From Candidatus Norongarragalinales archaeon (GTDB lineage: Archaea > Micrarchaeota > Micrarchaeia > Norongarragalinales > DASYRB01): a DNA stretch of 59,808 nucleotides. Shown one piece after another: positions 1-8,722 of this stretch; within the stretch, counting starts at the first letter, position 1; each line of letters starts with the position of its first letter. The stretch is taken from assembly GCA_036004805.1 (NCBI GenBank), contig DASYRB010000022.1:1-59808 (forward strand). The letters run 5' to 3'. The notes beneath the pieces are model-generated. The model saw nothing but the letters and a program-made list of their open reading frames with translations. It searched no databases and was not told the origin of the DNA. A program made the translations under genes and the position numbers.

Positions 1-1
1 C

Positions 2-748
2 GTCCAAAAAACCGCGGACGATATTTTCTTGGACGCGATGGTCGAGAGCGCAGTGCAAAGCGTCAACAAAGCCACCGAACTCGGCTTGCCTGCAAACAAG
101 ATCATCGTTTCATGCAAAGTCAGCGACGTACAACACCTCGTACACTGCTACACCAACCTCGCCAAACGCATTCCAAACGCGCTGCACTTAGGACTCACGG
201 AAGCCGGTCTTGGAAGCAAGGGAATTGTTGCCGCAACACTCGGCATCGGAATCATGTTGAACCAGGGAGTTGGAGACACGATTCGCGTCAGCATCACGCC
301 CAAGCCAGGCGAGCCGCGAACCACTGAAGTCGTCGTCTGCCAACAAATACTGCAAACACTCGGCGTGCGCAGCTTCACACCACTCATAACGAGCTGTCCG
401 GGATGCGGCCGTACCACGAGCACTGTTTTCCAAGAGCTTGGCGTAGAAACTGAAAAGTTTCTCCGCGAACGCTCGACGGTTTGGAAAAACAAGGGCTACG
501 TCGGATTCGAATCAATGCGCGTTGCAGTCATGGGCTGCATCGTCAACGGACCAGGCGAAGCAAAGGACGCAAACATCGGAATCTCTCTGCCAGGCACGGG
601 AGAGCAACCGACCGCGCCAGTTTATGCTGATGGAAAGCCACTCGTCACGCTCAAGGGAGACGCGAAGACGCTCGCGCGAGAATTCCACAAACTCGTCGAC
701 GACTACGTCGAAAAACACTACGCGCCCAAAACGCCATCACCGAGCTGA
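2..748 (+). CDS. ispG: 4-hydroxy-3-methylbut-2-enyl diphosphate synthase IspG/GcpE, C-terminal part (5' end cut by window edge)
   Basis: The frame is open to the window start. Motifs SCPGCGRT and MGCIVNGPGE match the IspG Fe-S domain. Confidence 0.85.
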   Translation, partial: VQKTADDIFLDAMVESAVQSVNKATELGLPANKIIVSCKVSDVQHLVHCYTNLAKRIPNALHLGLTEAGLGSKGIVAATLGIGIMLNQGVGDTIRVSITPKPGEPRTTEVVVCQQILQTLGVRSFTPLITSCPGCGRTTSTVFQELGVETEKFLRERSTVWKNKGYVGFESMRVAVMGCIVNGPGEAKDANIGISLPGTGEQPTAPVYADGKPLVTLKGDAKTLAREFHKLVDDYVEKHYAPKTPSPS

Positions 749-758
749 AAATCTTTTC

Positions 759-1454
759 TTGCCAACGACCGCAGTCGCAATAATCGGCGCCGCCGGAGCC
801 TCGCGCCGAATGGGGCGAGACAAAAACCTCCTGCACGTCGCCGGGAAAACAGTGCTGGAACACACGGTCCGCGCGTTCGAAAACCATCCAGAAATACAAA
901 GCTACCTCGTTCTCGCTTCCAGAGAAAAAAGAACAGAATACGAAACACTGCTTTCAAAACTCAAGCTCAAAAAATTCTGGAAAGTAATCATCGGAGGAGA
1001 AGAAAGACAGGACTCGATGCGCAACGGTCTTGCACAAATCTCGAAAAACACCGACATCGTAGTATTCCACAACGCCGCCAACCCGCTCGTGACGCCACAA
1101 GAAATTTCTGAAGTAATCAAAGCCGCGAAACAACACGGCGCAGCCGCGGTCGGAGTGCCGGCACGAGACACACTGCGAAGAGTCGACGGCAAAGGATTCT
1201 CTCAAGGCGTCGTGCCGCGCGAGGGAGTTTGGCAAATGCAAACACCACAAGCAATCAAGTACGAACTAGCCGTCGAAGCATTCAACCACGCCTACGCGTC
1301 CAAGGAGCCGTTCAAAGCAACCGACGACGTAGCCCTCGTAGAAAACCTTCACAAACCAGTCGCGATCGTCAAAGCACACCCGCACAACTTCAAAGTCACG
1401 ATTCCCGAAGACATACCAATCGCCGAAGCCGCGCTGCGAGCAAGACAAAAATGA
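759..1454 (+). CDS. ispD: 2-C-methyl-D-erythritol 4-phosphate cytidylyltransferase IspD
   Basis: N-terminal AIIGAAGASRRMG..DKNLL nucleotide-binding motif. Start placed at TTG 759 just after the ispG stop; the track ORF begins earlier, inside ispG. The stop overlaps the ispF ATG. Confidence 0.8.
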   Translation: MPTTAVAIIGAAGASRRMGRDKNLLHVAGKTVLEHTVRAFENHPEIQSYLVLASREKRTEYETLLSKLKLKKFWKVIIGGEERQDSMRNGLAQISKNTDIVVFHNAANPLVTPQEISEVIKAAKQHGAAAVGVPARDTLRRVDGKGFSQGVVPREGVWQMQTPQAIKYELAVEAFNHAYASKEPFKATDDVALVENLHKPVAIVKAHPHNFKVTIPEDIPIAEAALRARQK

Positions 1455-1948
1455 ACTACAAAATCGGTATTGGCACAGACCAACACCAGTTCGACCACGC
1501 AAGCAACAAAGCATTCGTAATGGCTGGAGTCAAAATCCCCGACGCGAAAGCACTCAAGGCACACAGCGACGGCGACTTCGTGCTGCACGCGATCTTTAAC
1601 GCGATCAGCAGCGCGATCGGCGATCGATCAATCGGCTATTATTTTGATGACAAGGACGCGAAGAACGAAGGAATGAACAGCGCGATCGCGATTGCGTTCA
1701 TTCTGCAAAAAGCACGCGAAAAATCTTTGCGCGTCAACAACGTCGCCATATCCATTGAGTGCAAGACGCCGAAGATCGACCCGCACGTTAACGAGATGAA
1801 GAAGAACATCGCGATGCTGCTCGGCTGCAGCGAGCACGACGTAGGAATTACCGCCAGCACTGGAGAGGGACTGAGCGCGTATGGCAAGGGAGAGGGCGTT
1901 TTCGCGCAATGCGCAGTATCGTTGATTGGCGAAACAAAGCAGGTTTAA
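1451..1948 (+). CDS. ispF: 2-C-methyl-D-erythritol 2,4-cyclodiphosphate synthase IspF
   Basis: Motifs IGIGTDQHQF and HSDGDFVLHA. ATG 1451 forms an ATGA overlap with the ispD stop. Confidence 0.85.
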   Translation: MNYKIGIGTDQHQFDHASNKAFVMAGVKIPDAKALKAHSDGDFVLHAIFNAISSAIGDRSIGYYFDDKDAKNEGMNSAIAIAFILQKAREKSLRVNNVAISIECKTPKIDPHVNEMKKNIAMLLGCSEHDVGITASTGEGLSAYGKGEGVFAQCAVSLIGETKQV

Positions 1949-1989
1949 AGGTCTGTGAAAAGAGAAACAATTAGGAGGAGATTTTGCAC

Positions 1990-2850
1990 ATGGAAGTTAT
2001 TGTAGCTGAAACTCTAGGGTTCTGCTTCGGCGTCAAGATGAGCGTCGACAAGGCAGAAAAAGCCGTCAAAGACGGCAAGCCCAACGTGCAAATCCTCGGA
2101 CCCATCGTCCACAACCCACAACAAGTCAAAGCACTCGAAGACCAAGGCATCACCAAGATCGACGAGCTGACTCAGGCCAAGCCTGGAACCATTCTCATTC
2201 GCGCGCACGGCGTGCCGCCAGAAACAATGACCGCGGCCTACCAAGTGCCCAATGCTGAAGTCATTGACGCGACGTGCCCGCTAGTCAAGATCGAACAAAA
2301 CTACGCCAAAACACTATTCGACGAAGGCTACAAAGTCATCATCGTAGGCGAACACGGACACCCTGAAGCACTAGGCGTTTCTGGATTCACGGGACACAAA
2401 GCAATCATCATCGAGAACGAAAAGCAAGCCGAAGAACTACCATTCCAATCGAAGAAGGTAGGAGTCGTCATCCAAACCACTCTCGTGCCAGACAAGGTAG
2501 ACCGTATCATTGCGAAACTGTTTCACAAGACGCACGAAATGCGCATCTTCAACACCATCTGCGCGCCAACCAAAGAAAGACAACCAGCAGCGGTAAAGAC
2601 GGCGCACATTGTTGACGTCATGGTGATCGTGGGTGGAAAGAACTCCAGCAACACCAAACGACTCGCGGAAGTCTGCGAAGAAATCGTTCCGACGTATCAC
2701 GTCGAGTACCCTTCAGAAATCAAGACGGAATGGTTCACCGGCAAAAAGAAAGTCGGCGTCAGCGCCGGAGCCAGCACGCCTGACTTCGTGATACAAGAAA
2801 CGATCGAGTACTTGCAGAAACTGCAACCGCCCAACGCGTCGCCTGCCTAA
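1990..2850 (+). CDS. ispH: 4-hydroxy-3-methylbut-2-enyl diphosphate reductase IspH/LytB
   Basis: Motifs GFCFGVKMSV, IVHNPQQV and SAGASTPD. GGAGG at 1974-1978 lies upstream of ATG 1990. Confidence 0.85.
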   Translation: MEVIVAETLGFCFGVKMSVDKAEKAVKDGKPNVQILGPIVHNPQQVKALEDQGITKIDELTQAKPGTILIRAHGVPPETMTAAYQVPNAEVIDATCPLVKIEQNYAKTLFDEGYKVIIVGEHGHPEALGVSGFTGHKAIIIENEKQAEELPFQSKKVGVVIQTTLVPDKVDRIIAKLFHKTHEMRIFNTICAPTKERQPAAVKTAHIVDVMVIVGGKNSSNTKRLAEVCEEIVPTYHVEYPSEIKTEWFTGKKKVGVSAGASTPDFVIQETIEYLQKLQPPNASPA

Positions 2851-2860
2851 TTTTTGCCGG

Positions 2861-5005
2861 CTATGACGGTCCGCGTGTTATTGTGCAGCTCCAAGCACCA
2901 CTTACCAAGTTCTTTGTGTAAGTTACCGTTATCAAGTTTAGCGGCTGAGGCAACAAAACCAACGGAAATGGAGCACAGCTCTTTCCTTCGGCTTCGTCTC
3001 TTGCAATCATGAGCCTGCCTTGTGGCGCGAGCAAGAACAGGTTCGGTCCGCTCGAGGAATAGTCGAAACCATCTACGATTAAGGAATTAAAGCGAGTGTC
3101 TGCGGATGAAGATCCGGTTGCTGATAGCACAATGTTTCCATATTTTTGTTCGGCAAGTTGAATATTTGCGGGCGCGTTTGACGTGTTTGAACCATTTCCA
3201 GAAATGAATGTTTTACGAATTAAGACTGGAAATCCTTTGTCGGGAGAACCCGAGTTCGCAGTCAGGCTTGGCGCGCCGACAGTAGGTCTTATCACGAGGT
3301 CACCAACCAGTCCGCCTGGGCCAACTAGGTTTACAGTAGATGCTGGATTGATGGAAACCGTTGTCGGCACTCCACTCTTGTAGACGATCATCGAAATGGT
3401 TCCGGGTCCGTTGTTCGTAACGAAAATGTTGTCACCAACCGGCTGAACCGTCATTGTAGTTCCACCAGTGCTTGCTACGAGGCTATCAATAGTTATCCCC
3501 GCGAACGCCGTGCCGTAAGGCCCAGTCACGTTCGTAATGTTAATTGTTTGTGCGGTATAGAAAAGACTAGCCGGACTCGCGCAAGCAATAACTGTGCCTG
3601 TGCATGCTGTACCAACACTTGTAAAGAATGTTCCGGAAGTAGTTCCGCCTGCTAAACAAAAGGCGTCGGCGATTATGTTAGGGCAAATGATATCCCATGA
3701 CAACAAGACAGTTCCAGGCGTAGCGTCTGTCCGGAGTCCAACAAAAGAACTGAAAGACATCGTGTTGTTATACATCGTGTTGTTCGTCGAGTTCCCGAAG
3801 GAAATTCCAATAATGCCAGATGAGGAAGGATTCATATAGCCAAGATTGTATCGAATCAGGTTAAAGTTCGAATTTACCAAGTGAAAACCAGCTTCCGTCT
3901 GGAAGCCGAAACCTTTCGCGGTGTTCGTCAAAAGAGTGTTCGAATCTGCCAGGTTCAAAAGAAAACTATCCCTGTAAAACTGTGAAACATGGTTGTTTTC
4001 CATCCTGTTTCCGAATGAACGGCCGCCTGCCGGGTTCGTCACTATGATGCCGGAAACAACTTGGCTAAGGCGGTTGCTCGTAACGTTCGAATTATTAGTG
4101 CTTCCTAAAATTATTCCAGTAGTGTTCGTAAAGTTAACACTCGTGAAGTTGGTGATGTTGTTCCATTCAATGACGGCGCCATTCGCAGCGCCGACCAAGA
4201 TTCCCACGCTGTTCGACGCGGTGCCGTTGCTGACAGTGTTGTTCGCCACTAGGATTCCGTAACCAGTGAAAGGAGTTTGAAAAATGAATCCGCCTCCTGC
4301 AGCTATACCAAGCGCCCCTTCGACGGTGTTACTAGTAACATTGGAATTGTTTCCAACAATTACAATTCCAGCACCCGTTGTCACTGGCATATGTATTGCG
4401 TTATTAGCCGCTACGATTCCGTTCGCCGTATCGACACGTATTCCAACGCCGAATTGATTTGTCGTGGTCAACGTGTTGCCAGTGATGATGGAATTATGAG
4501 AAGCAGTGCTGAACGGCAACGGAATGAAAACGCCAGCTCCGAGCAGAGAGTTCAACGCGAAATTCGTGATAGCGTTTCCACTGACAGTTGTTGAGGGAGA
4601 GTTCACGAGACGCACGCCGACCGATCCAGTAGTTATAGTGTTTGAAGTGACCAAGCTGTTCGCAGCGTTGTTGACGTTAACTCCTTCCCTGAAGTTTGCA
4701 ATATTACAATTCTGCACGATGCCGTTCGGAGCGTTTATGTTTGCGCCAACACCGCCAAAAGCCTGATTGCCGGTCATTGTGAATCCTACACAATCGAGAG
4801 TGATTCCAGTGGCGGCAATGTTCATGCAGGTTCCGGTCGAAGTGACGCTCGTGGTGAGCTGGTAGGTCTCGCCTGGGGTCGAGAGAGTCTGGCAAGACGA
4901 AATGAATGTCAACGCACTAGCTGCTTGCGAAAAAGATATGGTCAAGAAACTAATCAGTAAAAGAGCACGCAAAGAGCCAGTCAAATTTCCCACCATCACG
5001 GACAC
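2861..5005 (-). CDS. secreted right-handed beta-helix (PbH1/NosD-like) repeat surface protein
   Basis: N-terminal hydrophobic signal. Many roughly 22-aa repeats of the N-x-I-x-N/G type (NCNIANFREGVNVNNAANSLVTSNTIT and similar). Very Asn/Thr/Gly-rich. Confidence 0.6.
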   Translation of the reverse strand: MSVMVGNLTGSLRALLLISFLTISFSQAASALTFISSCQTLSTPGETYQLTTSVTSTGTCMNIAATGITLDCVGFTMTGNQAFGGVGANINAPNGIVQNCNIANFREGVNVNNAANSLVTSNTITTGSVGVRLVNSPSTTVSGNAITNFALNSLLGAGVFIPLPFSTASHNSIITGNTLTTTNQFGVGIRVDTANGIVAANNAIHMPVTTGAGIVIVGNNSNVTSNTVEGALGIAAGGGFIFQTPFTGYGILVANNTVSNGTASNSVGILVGAANGAVIEWNNITNFTSVNFTNTTGIILGSTNNSNVTSNRLSQVVSGIIVTNPAGGRSFGNRMENNHVSQFYRDSFLLNLADSNTLLTNTAKGFGFQTEAGFHLVNSNFNLIRYNLGYMNPSSSGIIGISFGNSTNNTMYNNTMSFSSFVGLRTDATPGTVLLSWDIICPNIIADAFCLAGGTTSGTFFTSVGTACTGTVIACASPASLFYTAQTINITNVTGPYGTAFAGITIDSLVASTGGTTMTVQPVGDNIFVTNNGPGTISMIVYKSGVPTTVSINPASTVNLVGPGGLVGDLVIRPTVGAPSLTANSGSPDKGFPVLIRKTFISGNGSNTSNAPANIQLAEQKYGNIVLSATGSSSADTRFNSLIVDGFDYSSSGPNLFLLAPQGRLMIARDEAEGKSCAPFPLVLLPQPLNLITVTYTKNLVSGAWSCTITRGPS

Positions 5006-5086
5006 ACAAGAGACTTCCTTAAAAAACTAACTTCAGAAGGCTTAACCGCTCAATTTTAACTCCTACTTCCTCTAAACTTTTCTCGA

Positions 5087-6793
5087 ATGAGCATCAAGGA
5101 AACAGCTCTAAAGTTCGCGCTCAAGAACGCTCACGAGTATGGACAAGCCGAACCGAAAAGCGTGATTTCGAAATTGTTAGCGGAGGCGCCTGAAGCGAAG
5201 AAGGACATGCGCGCCAACCTCGAAATCGTGAAAGAAGTTTGTGCACACGTCAACGGCCTCTCGAAACCGCAGCTCGAGAAAGAAATGTCAAAGTTCACTT
5301 ACGTCGAAAAGGAAGGAAAGCACGGACACGAATGGACACTCGACGGCGCAATCAAAGGACACGTTATCACACGCTTCGCACCAGAACCATCAGCATTTCC
5401 GCACATCGGACACGCAAAAGCACTCTTTCTGGTAGAGAAGGTTTCACAAACATACGGACGCAAAGTCTCCATGCTGCGCTTCGACGACACGAACCCGGAA
5501 AACGAGGAACAAGAATTCGTAGAAGCCTTCACGCGTGACGCGAAATGGCTCGGCGTGGAATTTGAAGAAAAAGAACCACGCTTCGCCAGCGACCACGTGC
5601 TCGCCTACTACAAGTACGCAGACCAGCTCATCAAGCAAAACGACGCTTACTCATGCACCTGCGAACAGGAAGAAATCAGCGCCGACAGAGAAGCCATGCG
5701 CCCGTGCGTACACCGCAACAAAAGCACGAAGGAAGTTGCTGAAGATTTTGAGAGAATGAAGAAGGGCCTCGTGCGCGAAGGACTCATGACGCTGCGCTTG
5801 AAGGGCGACATGAAATCACTCAACACGACGCTGCGCGACCCCGTGATTTTCCGAGTGATCGACAAGCCACACTACCGACAAGGCGGCAAGTACAAAGCAT
5901 GGCCGGTCTACGACTTCGAAACGCCCATTGAAGATTCGCTGACGGGCGTCACGCACGTCCTGCGCTCCAAGGAATACGAGTTGCGTGACGAGCTCTACAA
6001 AATCCTGCTCAACAAATTGAAACTACGCGTGCCAGTAATCTACGACTTCTCGCGACTCGAAATCAAAGGAACTCTACTCAGCAAGCGACTGCTCAAACCA
6101 CTCATCGCTGAAAAACTAGTCTGGGGTTGGGACGACCCACGATTGCCCACAATTGCTGGCGTTCGACGCAGGGGAATTTTGCCGCAAGCATTGCGCGAAT
6201 TCGTACAGTCATTCGGACTTTCGAAAGTCGAGAGTGAACCAGGATGGGACAAGTTGTTATCATTCAATCGCAAACTACTCGAACCAGTTTCCGAGCACTA
6301 CTACGTCACGCCCTCGCCAAAGCGCCTCATCGTGAAGAACGCGAAACCCGAAAAGCTGAACCTGCCGAAATTGGCGAACGATCCCTCGAAAGGTCCTCGT
6401 GTGTTGAATCTTGAGAAAGAGTTTTTCATCGCGCAAACCGACTTCGACGCGCTGAAAGATGGCGAAGTGTTCCGACTGAAAGGGGCTTACAATGTCAAGA
6501 TTTCTAAAAAGTCGCACGACTTCATCGAGGGAGAAAACGTCGGCACCGACCTCATCAAGGGAAGAATCGTCCAATTCGTGCCAGCAAAAGACGCAGTCGA
6601 GTGCACAATCGTCAAACTCGGAGATTTAGTGAACGAAAAAGGCGAATTCAACGCAAACAGCCTGCAGGAAGAGAAAGCAGTTGCGGAATCTTCAGTGACC
6701 GGATTGAAGGAAGGACAAATCATACAAGCGGAGCGCGTGGGTTACTTGAAACTGGATAGTCACACGCGCAAGAGATTCATTTTGGCTTCCTAG
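5087..6793 (+). CDS. gltX: glutamyl-tRNA synthetase, archaeal/eukaryal type
   Basis: RFAPEPSAFPHIGHAKA (HIGH motif) and LLSKRL (KMSKS-like), 568 aa. Confidence 0.85.
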   Translation: MSIKETALKFALKNAHEYGQAEPKSVISKLLAEAPEAKKDMRANLEIVKEVCAHVNGLSKPQLEKEMSKFTYVEKEGKHGHEWTLDGAIKGHVITRFAPEPSAFPHIGHAKALFLVEKVSQTYGRKVSMLRFDDTNPENEEQEFVEAFTRDAKWLGVEFEEKEPRFASDHVLAYYKYADQLIKQNDAYSCTCEQEEISADREAMRPCVHRNKSTKEVAEDFERMKKGLVREGLMTLRLKGDMKSLNTTLRDPVIFRVIDKPHYRQGGKYKAWPVYDFETPIEDSLTGVTHVLRSKEYELRDELYKILLNKLKLRVPVIYDFSRLEIKGTLLSKRLLKPLIAEKLVWGWDDPRLPTIAGVRRRGILPQALREFVQSFGLSKVESEPGWDKLLSFNRKLLEPVSEHYYVTPSPKRLIVKNAKPEKLNLPKLANDPSKGPRVLNLEKEFFIAQTDFDALKDGEVFRLKGAYNVKISKKSHDFIEGENVGTDLIKGRIVQFVPAKDAVECTIVKLGDLVNEKGEFNANSLQEEKAVAESSVTGLKEGQIIQAERVGYLKLDSHTRKRFILAS

Positions 6794-6902
6794 GTCTTCG
6801 TAACCCTTTTTAACGACCTTCGGCCCATTAAGATTCGCTATTTTTCGAGAAGGAATTATTTTGTCTCGAATGAAGCCCATGAAATGAGGTGTACGAGAAA
6901 AA

Positions 6903-7346
6903 ATGGCCAAAAGTTACGTTAAGTTCGCCACTCCGGCGGACATCCAAAAAAAGGCGCTAGACGCGATAGCTGCTGCACAAGCAAACGGCACTGTACGCAA
7001 AGGCGTCAACGAAACAACCAAAGCAATCGAGAGAGGAGAAGCCAAGCTCGTCGTCATTGCTGAAGACGTCGATCCAGAAGAAATCGTAATGCACCTGCCA
7101 ATTCTATGCCAGGAGAAGCGAGTTCCTTACTGCTTTGTTGCAGACAAGGGAAGCCTCGGCAAAGCCGCAGGACTCACCGTACCCACGACCGCAATCGCCA
7201 TCACTAAGGCAGGAAGCGGCGAAGCGACCGTACGCGAAATCGCGAACGCGCTAGCGCCACACTTCGGCGGACACGTCGAACACAAACCAGCCGCAGCTCC
7301 TGCAAAGAAACCCGCACCAGCTCCCGCCGCAGCGAAAAAAGAGTAA
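6903..7346 (+). CDS. rpl7ae: ribosomal protein L7Ae with Ala/Pro/Lys-rich C-terminal tail
   Basis: [32 protein letters not shown] core, plus an extra tail [21 protein letters not shown]. Confidence 0.9.
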   Translation: MAKSYVKFATPADIQKKALDAIAAAQANGTVRKGVNETTKAIERGEAKLVVIAEDVDPEEIVMHLPILCQEKRVPYCFVADKGSLGKAAGLTVPTTAIAITKAGSGEATVREIANALAPHFGGHVEHKPAAAPAKKPAPAPAAAKKE

Positions 7347-7362
7347 GAGTGATTTTTGAATA

Positions 7363-7692
7363 ATGGCTGGCTCGAAGAACGTAGGACGCGAAAAACAAGG
7401 ACAAGTCACTGAAAAGAAAGAATTCGCCCCCAAGGCCGAGACGCAAATGTCCGACCTAAAGGTCGAAGGCATTCCAGCAGAAATCCTCGGCATCGAAGGA
7501 CGCACGGGAGTTTTCGGCGAAGTCCAACAAGTCATGCTGAAAGTCCTCGGCGGAAGAGACCGCGGTCGCGTCATTAGGAGAAACTTCAAGGGACCGATCA
7601 GGAAACACGACATAGTACTCTTGATGGAAACCGAACGCGAAGCCAAGCCACTAAAGCAAAAGAAGAAAGCAAAAATCCTAGGAAAGAGATAA
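7363..7692 (+). CDS. rps28e: ribosomal protein S28e with N- and C-terminal extensions
   Basis: [50 protein letters not shown] core. An alternative start is ATG 7447. Confidence 0.8.
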   Translation: MAGSKNVGREKQGQVTEKKEFAPKAETQMSDLKVEGIPAEILGIEGRTGVFGEVQQVMLKVLGGRDRGRVIRRNFKGPIRKHDIVLLMETEREAKPLKQKKKAKILGKR

Positions 7693-7701
7693 AGAAAAAA
7701 A

Positions 7702-7875
7702 ATGGTTAATTGTTCATTCTGCGGCAAAGCCCTTCCTATGGGCACGGGATTCACGCTATTCAAAAGAGACGGCACCGCGCTGCACTTCGACAGGCGCAAG
7801 TGCCAAAAATCCCAACAAATGGGACGCGTGCCAACCAAACTCAAGTGGACCGCCAAATACGGCAAAAACGCGTAA
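7702..7875 (+). CDS. rpl24e: ribosomal protein L24e (57 aa, below the ORF-track cutoff)
   Basis: My translation is MVNCSFCGKALPMGTGFTLFKRDGTALHFDRRKCQKSQQMGRVPTKLKWTAKYGKNA, with the zinc-ribbon CxxC pattern typical of L24e. Confidence 0.8.
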   Translation: MVNCSFCGKALPMGTGFTLFKRDGTALHFDRRKCQKSQQMGRVPTKLKWTAKYGKNA

Positions 7876-7887
7876 GGTAATTCCTCT

Positions 7888-8715
7888 ATGGAGCTAGTCT
7901 TCATCGGGATCGGCGGCGGACGTGCAGTCACTGATACTCAAGCCTTCCCAACCGGCGGTTTTCGCATCAATTGCGCTAATTTTCGAATGCACTGCGAACC
8001 CGGACCCGGCGCGCTCGTCAAAAGCATACAATACGGACAAAAACCCTCCAAACTAGACGCCATTTTTGCAAGCCATGCGCACTTGGATCACGCGAACGAC
8101 TTGAACGCGATGATTGAAGCAATGACGTTCCAAAGCAAGTTCAAAGAAGGCGAAGAAAGCAAGAAAGGCGCGCTCTACTGCAGCAAATCCATCACTGACG
8201 GCGCGAAGAACATCGAGCCCGCGCTCGGCGGCTTTTTCAAAAAAATGCTCAAAACCGTCAAAACCCTCAAGCCAGGCGAACAAGTGAAAGTTGCTGACGG
8301 CGTCACGCTGAAAGCCACGAAAGCCATCCACGAAGACCCCGCAACGATCGGATTCATTCTCGACGACAGCGAAACGAGACTCGGCTACACGGGAGACACT
8401 CAACTTTTTCCAGGATTGTTTGAACAGTACGAAGAACTCGACGCGCTCATCGTGAACGTGCTCAAACCCGAAGATCAGAAGTATCCGTTCCACCTCGGCA
8501 TCGACGAGGCCGCGAACGTTTTGAGATCGATGGCGAACAAGCCCAAACAAGCATTCATCAATCACCTGGGCATGAGCTACTTGCGCACCGGGACGAACAC
8601 GCAGGCATCTCGTTTCCAAAAAATCTCCGGCATCAAAACCACCATCGCGCGAGAGTCGCAAGCGTTCCAAATCGGTCCCGAAACCAAGGACAAAGCAAAA
8701 CAAACCAGACTGTGA
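7888..8715 (+). CDS. metallo-beta-lactamase fold hydrolase
   Basis: SHAHLDHANDL (HxHxDH motif). Confidence 0.6.
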   Translation: MELVFIGIGGGRAVTDTQAFPTGGFRINCANFRMHCEPGPGALVKSIQYGQKPSKLDAIFASHAHLDHANDLNAMIEAMTFQSKFKEGEESKKGALYCSKSITDGAKNIEPALGGFFKKMLKTVKTLKPGEQVKVADGVTLKATKAIHEDPATIGFILDDSETRLGYTGDTQLFPGLFEQYEELDALIVNVLKPEDQKYPFHLGIDEAANVLRSMANKPKQAFINHLGMSYLRTGTNTQASRFQKISGIKTTIARESQAFQIGPETKDKAKQTRL

Positions 8716-8722
8716 ATTCTTC

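Noticed and set aside
6844-6897. An L7Ae-binding K-turn or autoregulatory structure in the rpl7ae leader.
   Set aside because: - Two mutually exclusive hairpins exist (TTCGAGA/TCTCGAA and TCTCG/CGAGA).
- A G.A pair can form next to a 3-nt AAU bulge, but the second tandem sheared pair would be A.U rather than A.G.
- This is not enough to call a K-turn without folding or covariation analysis.
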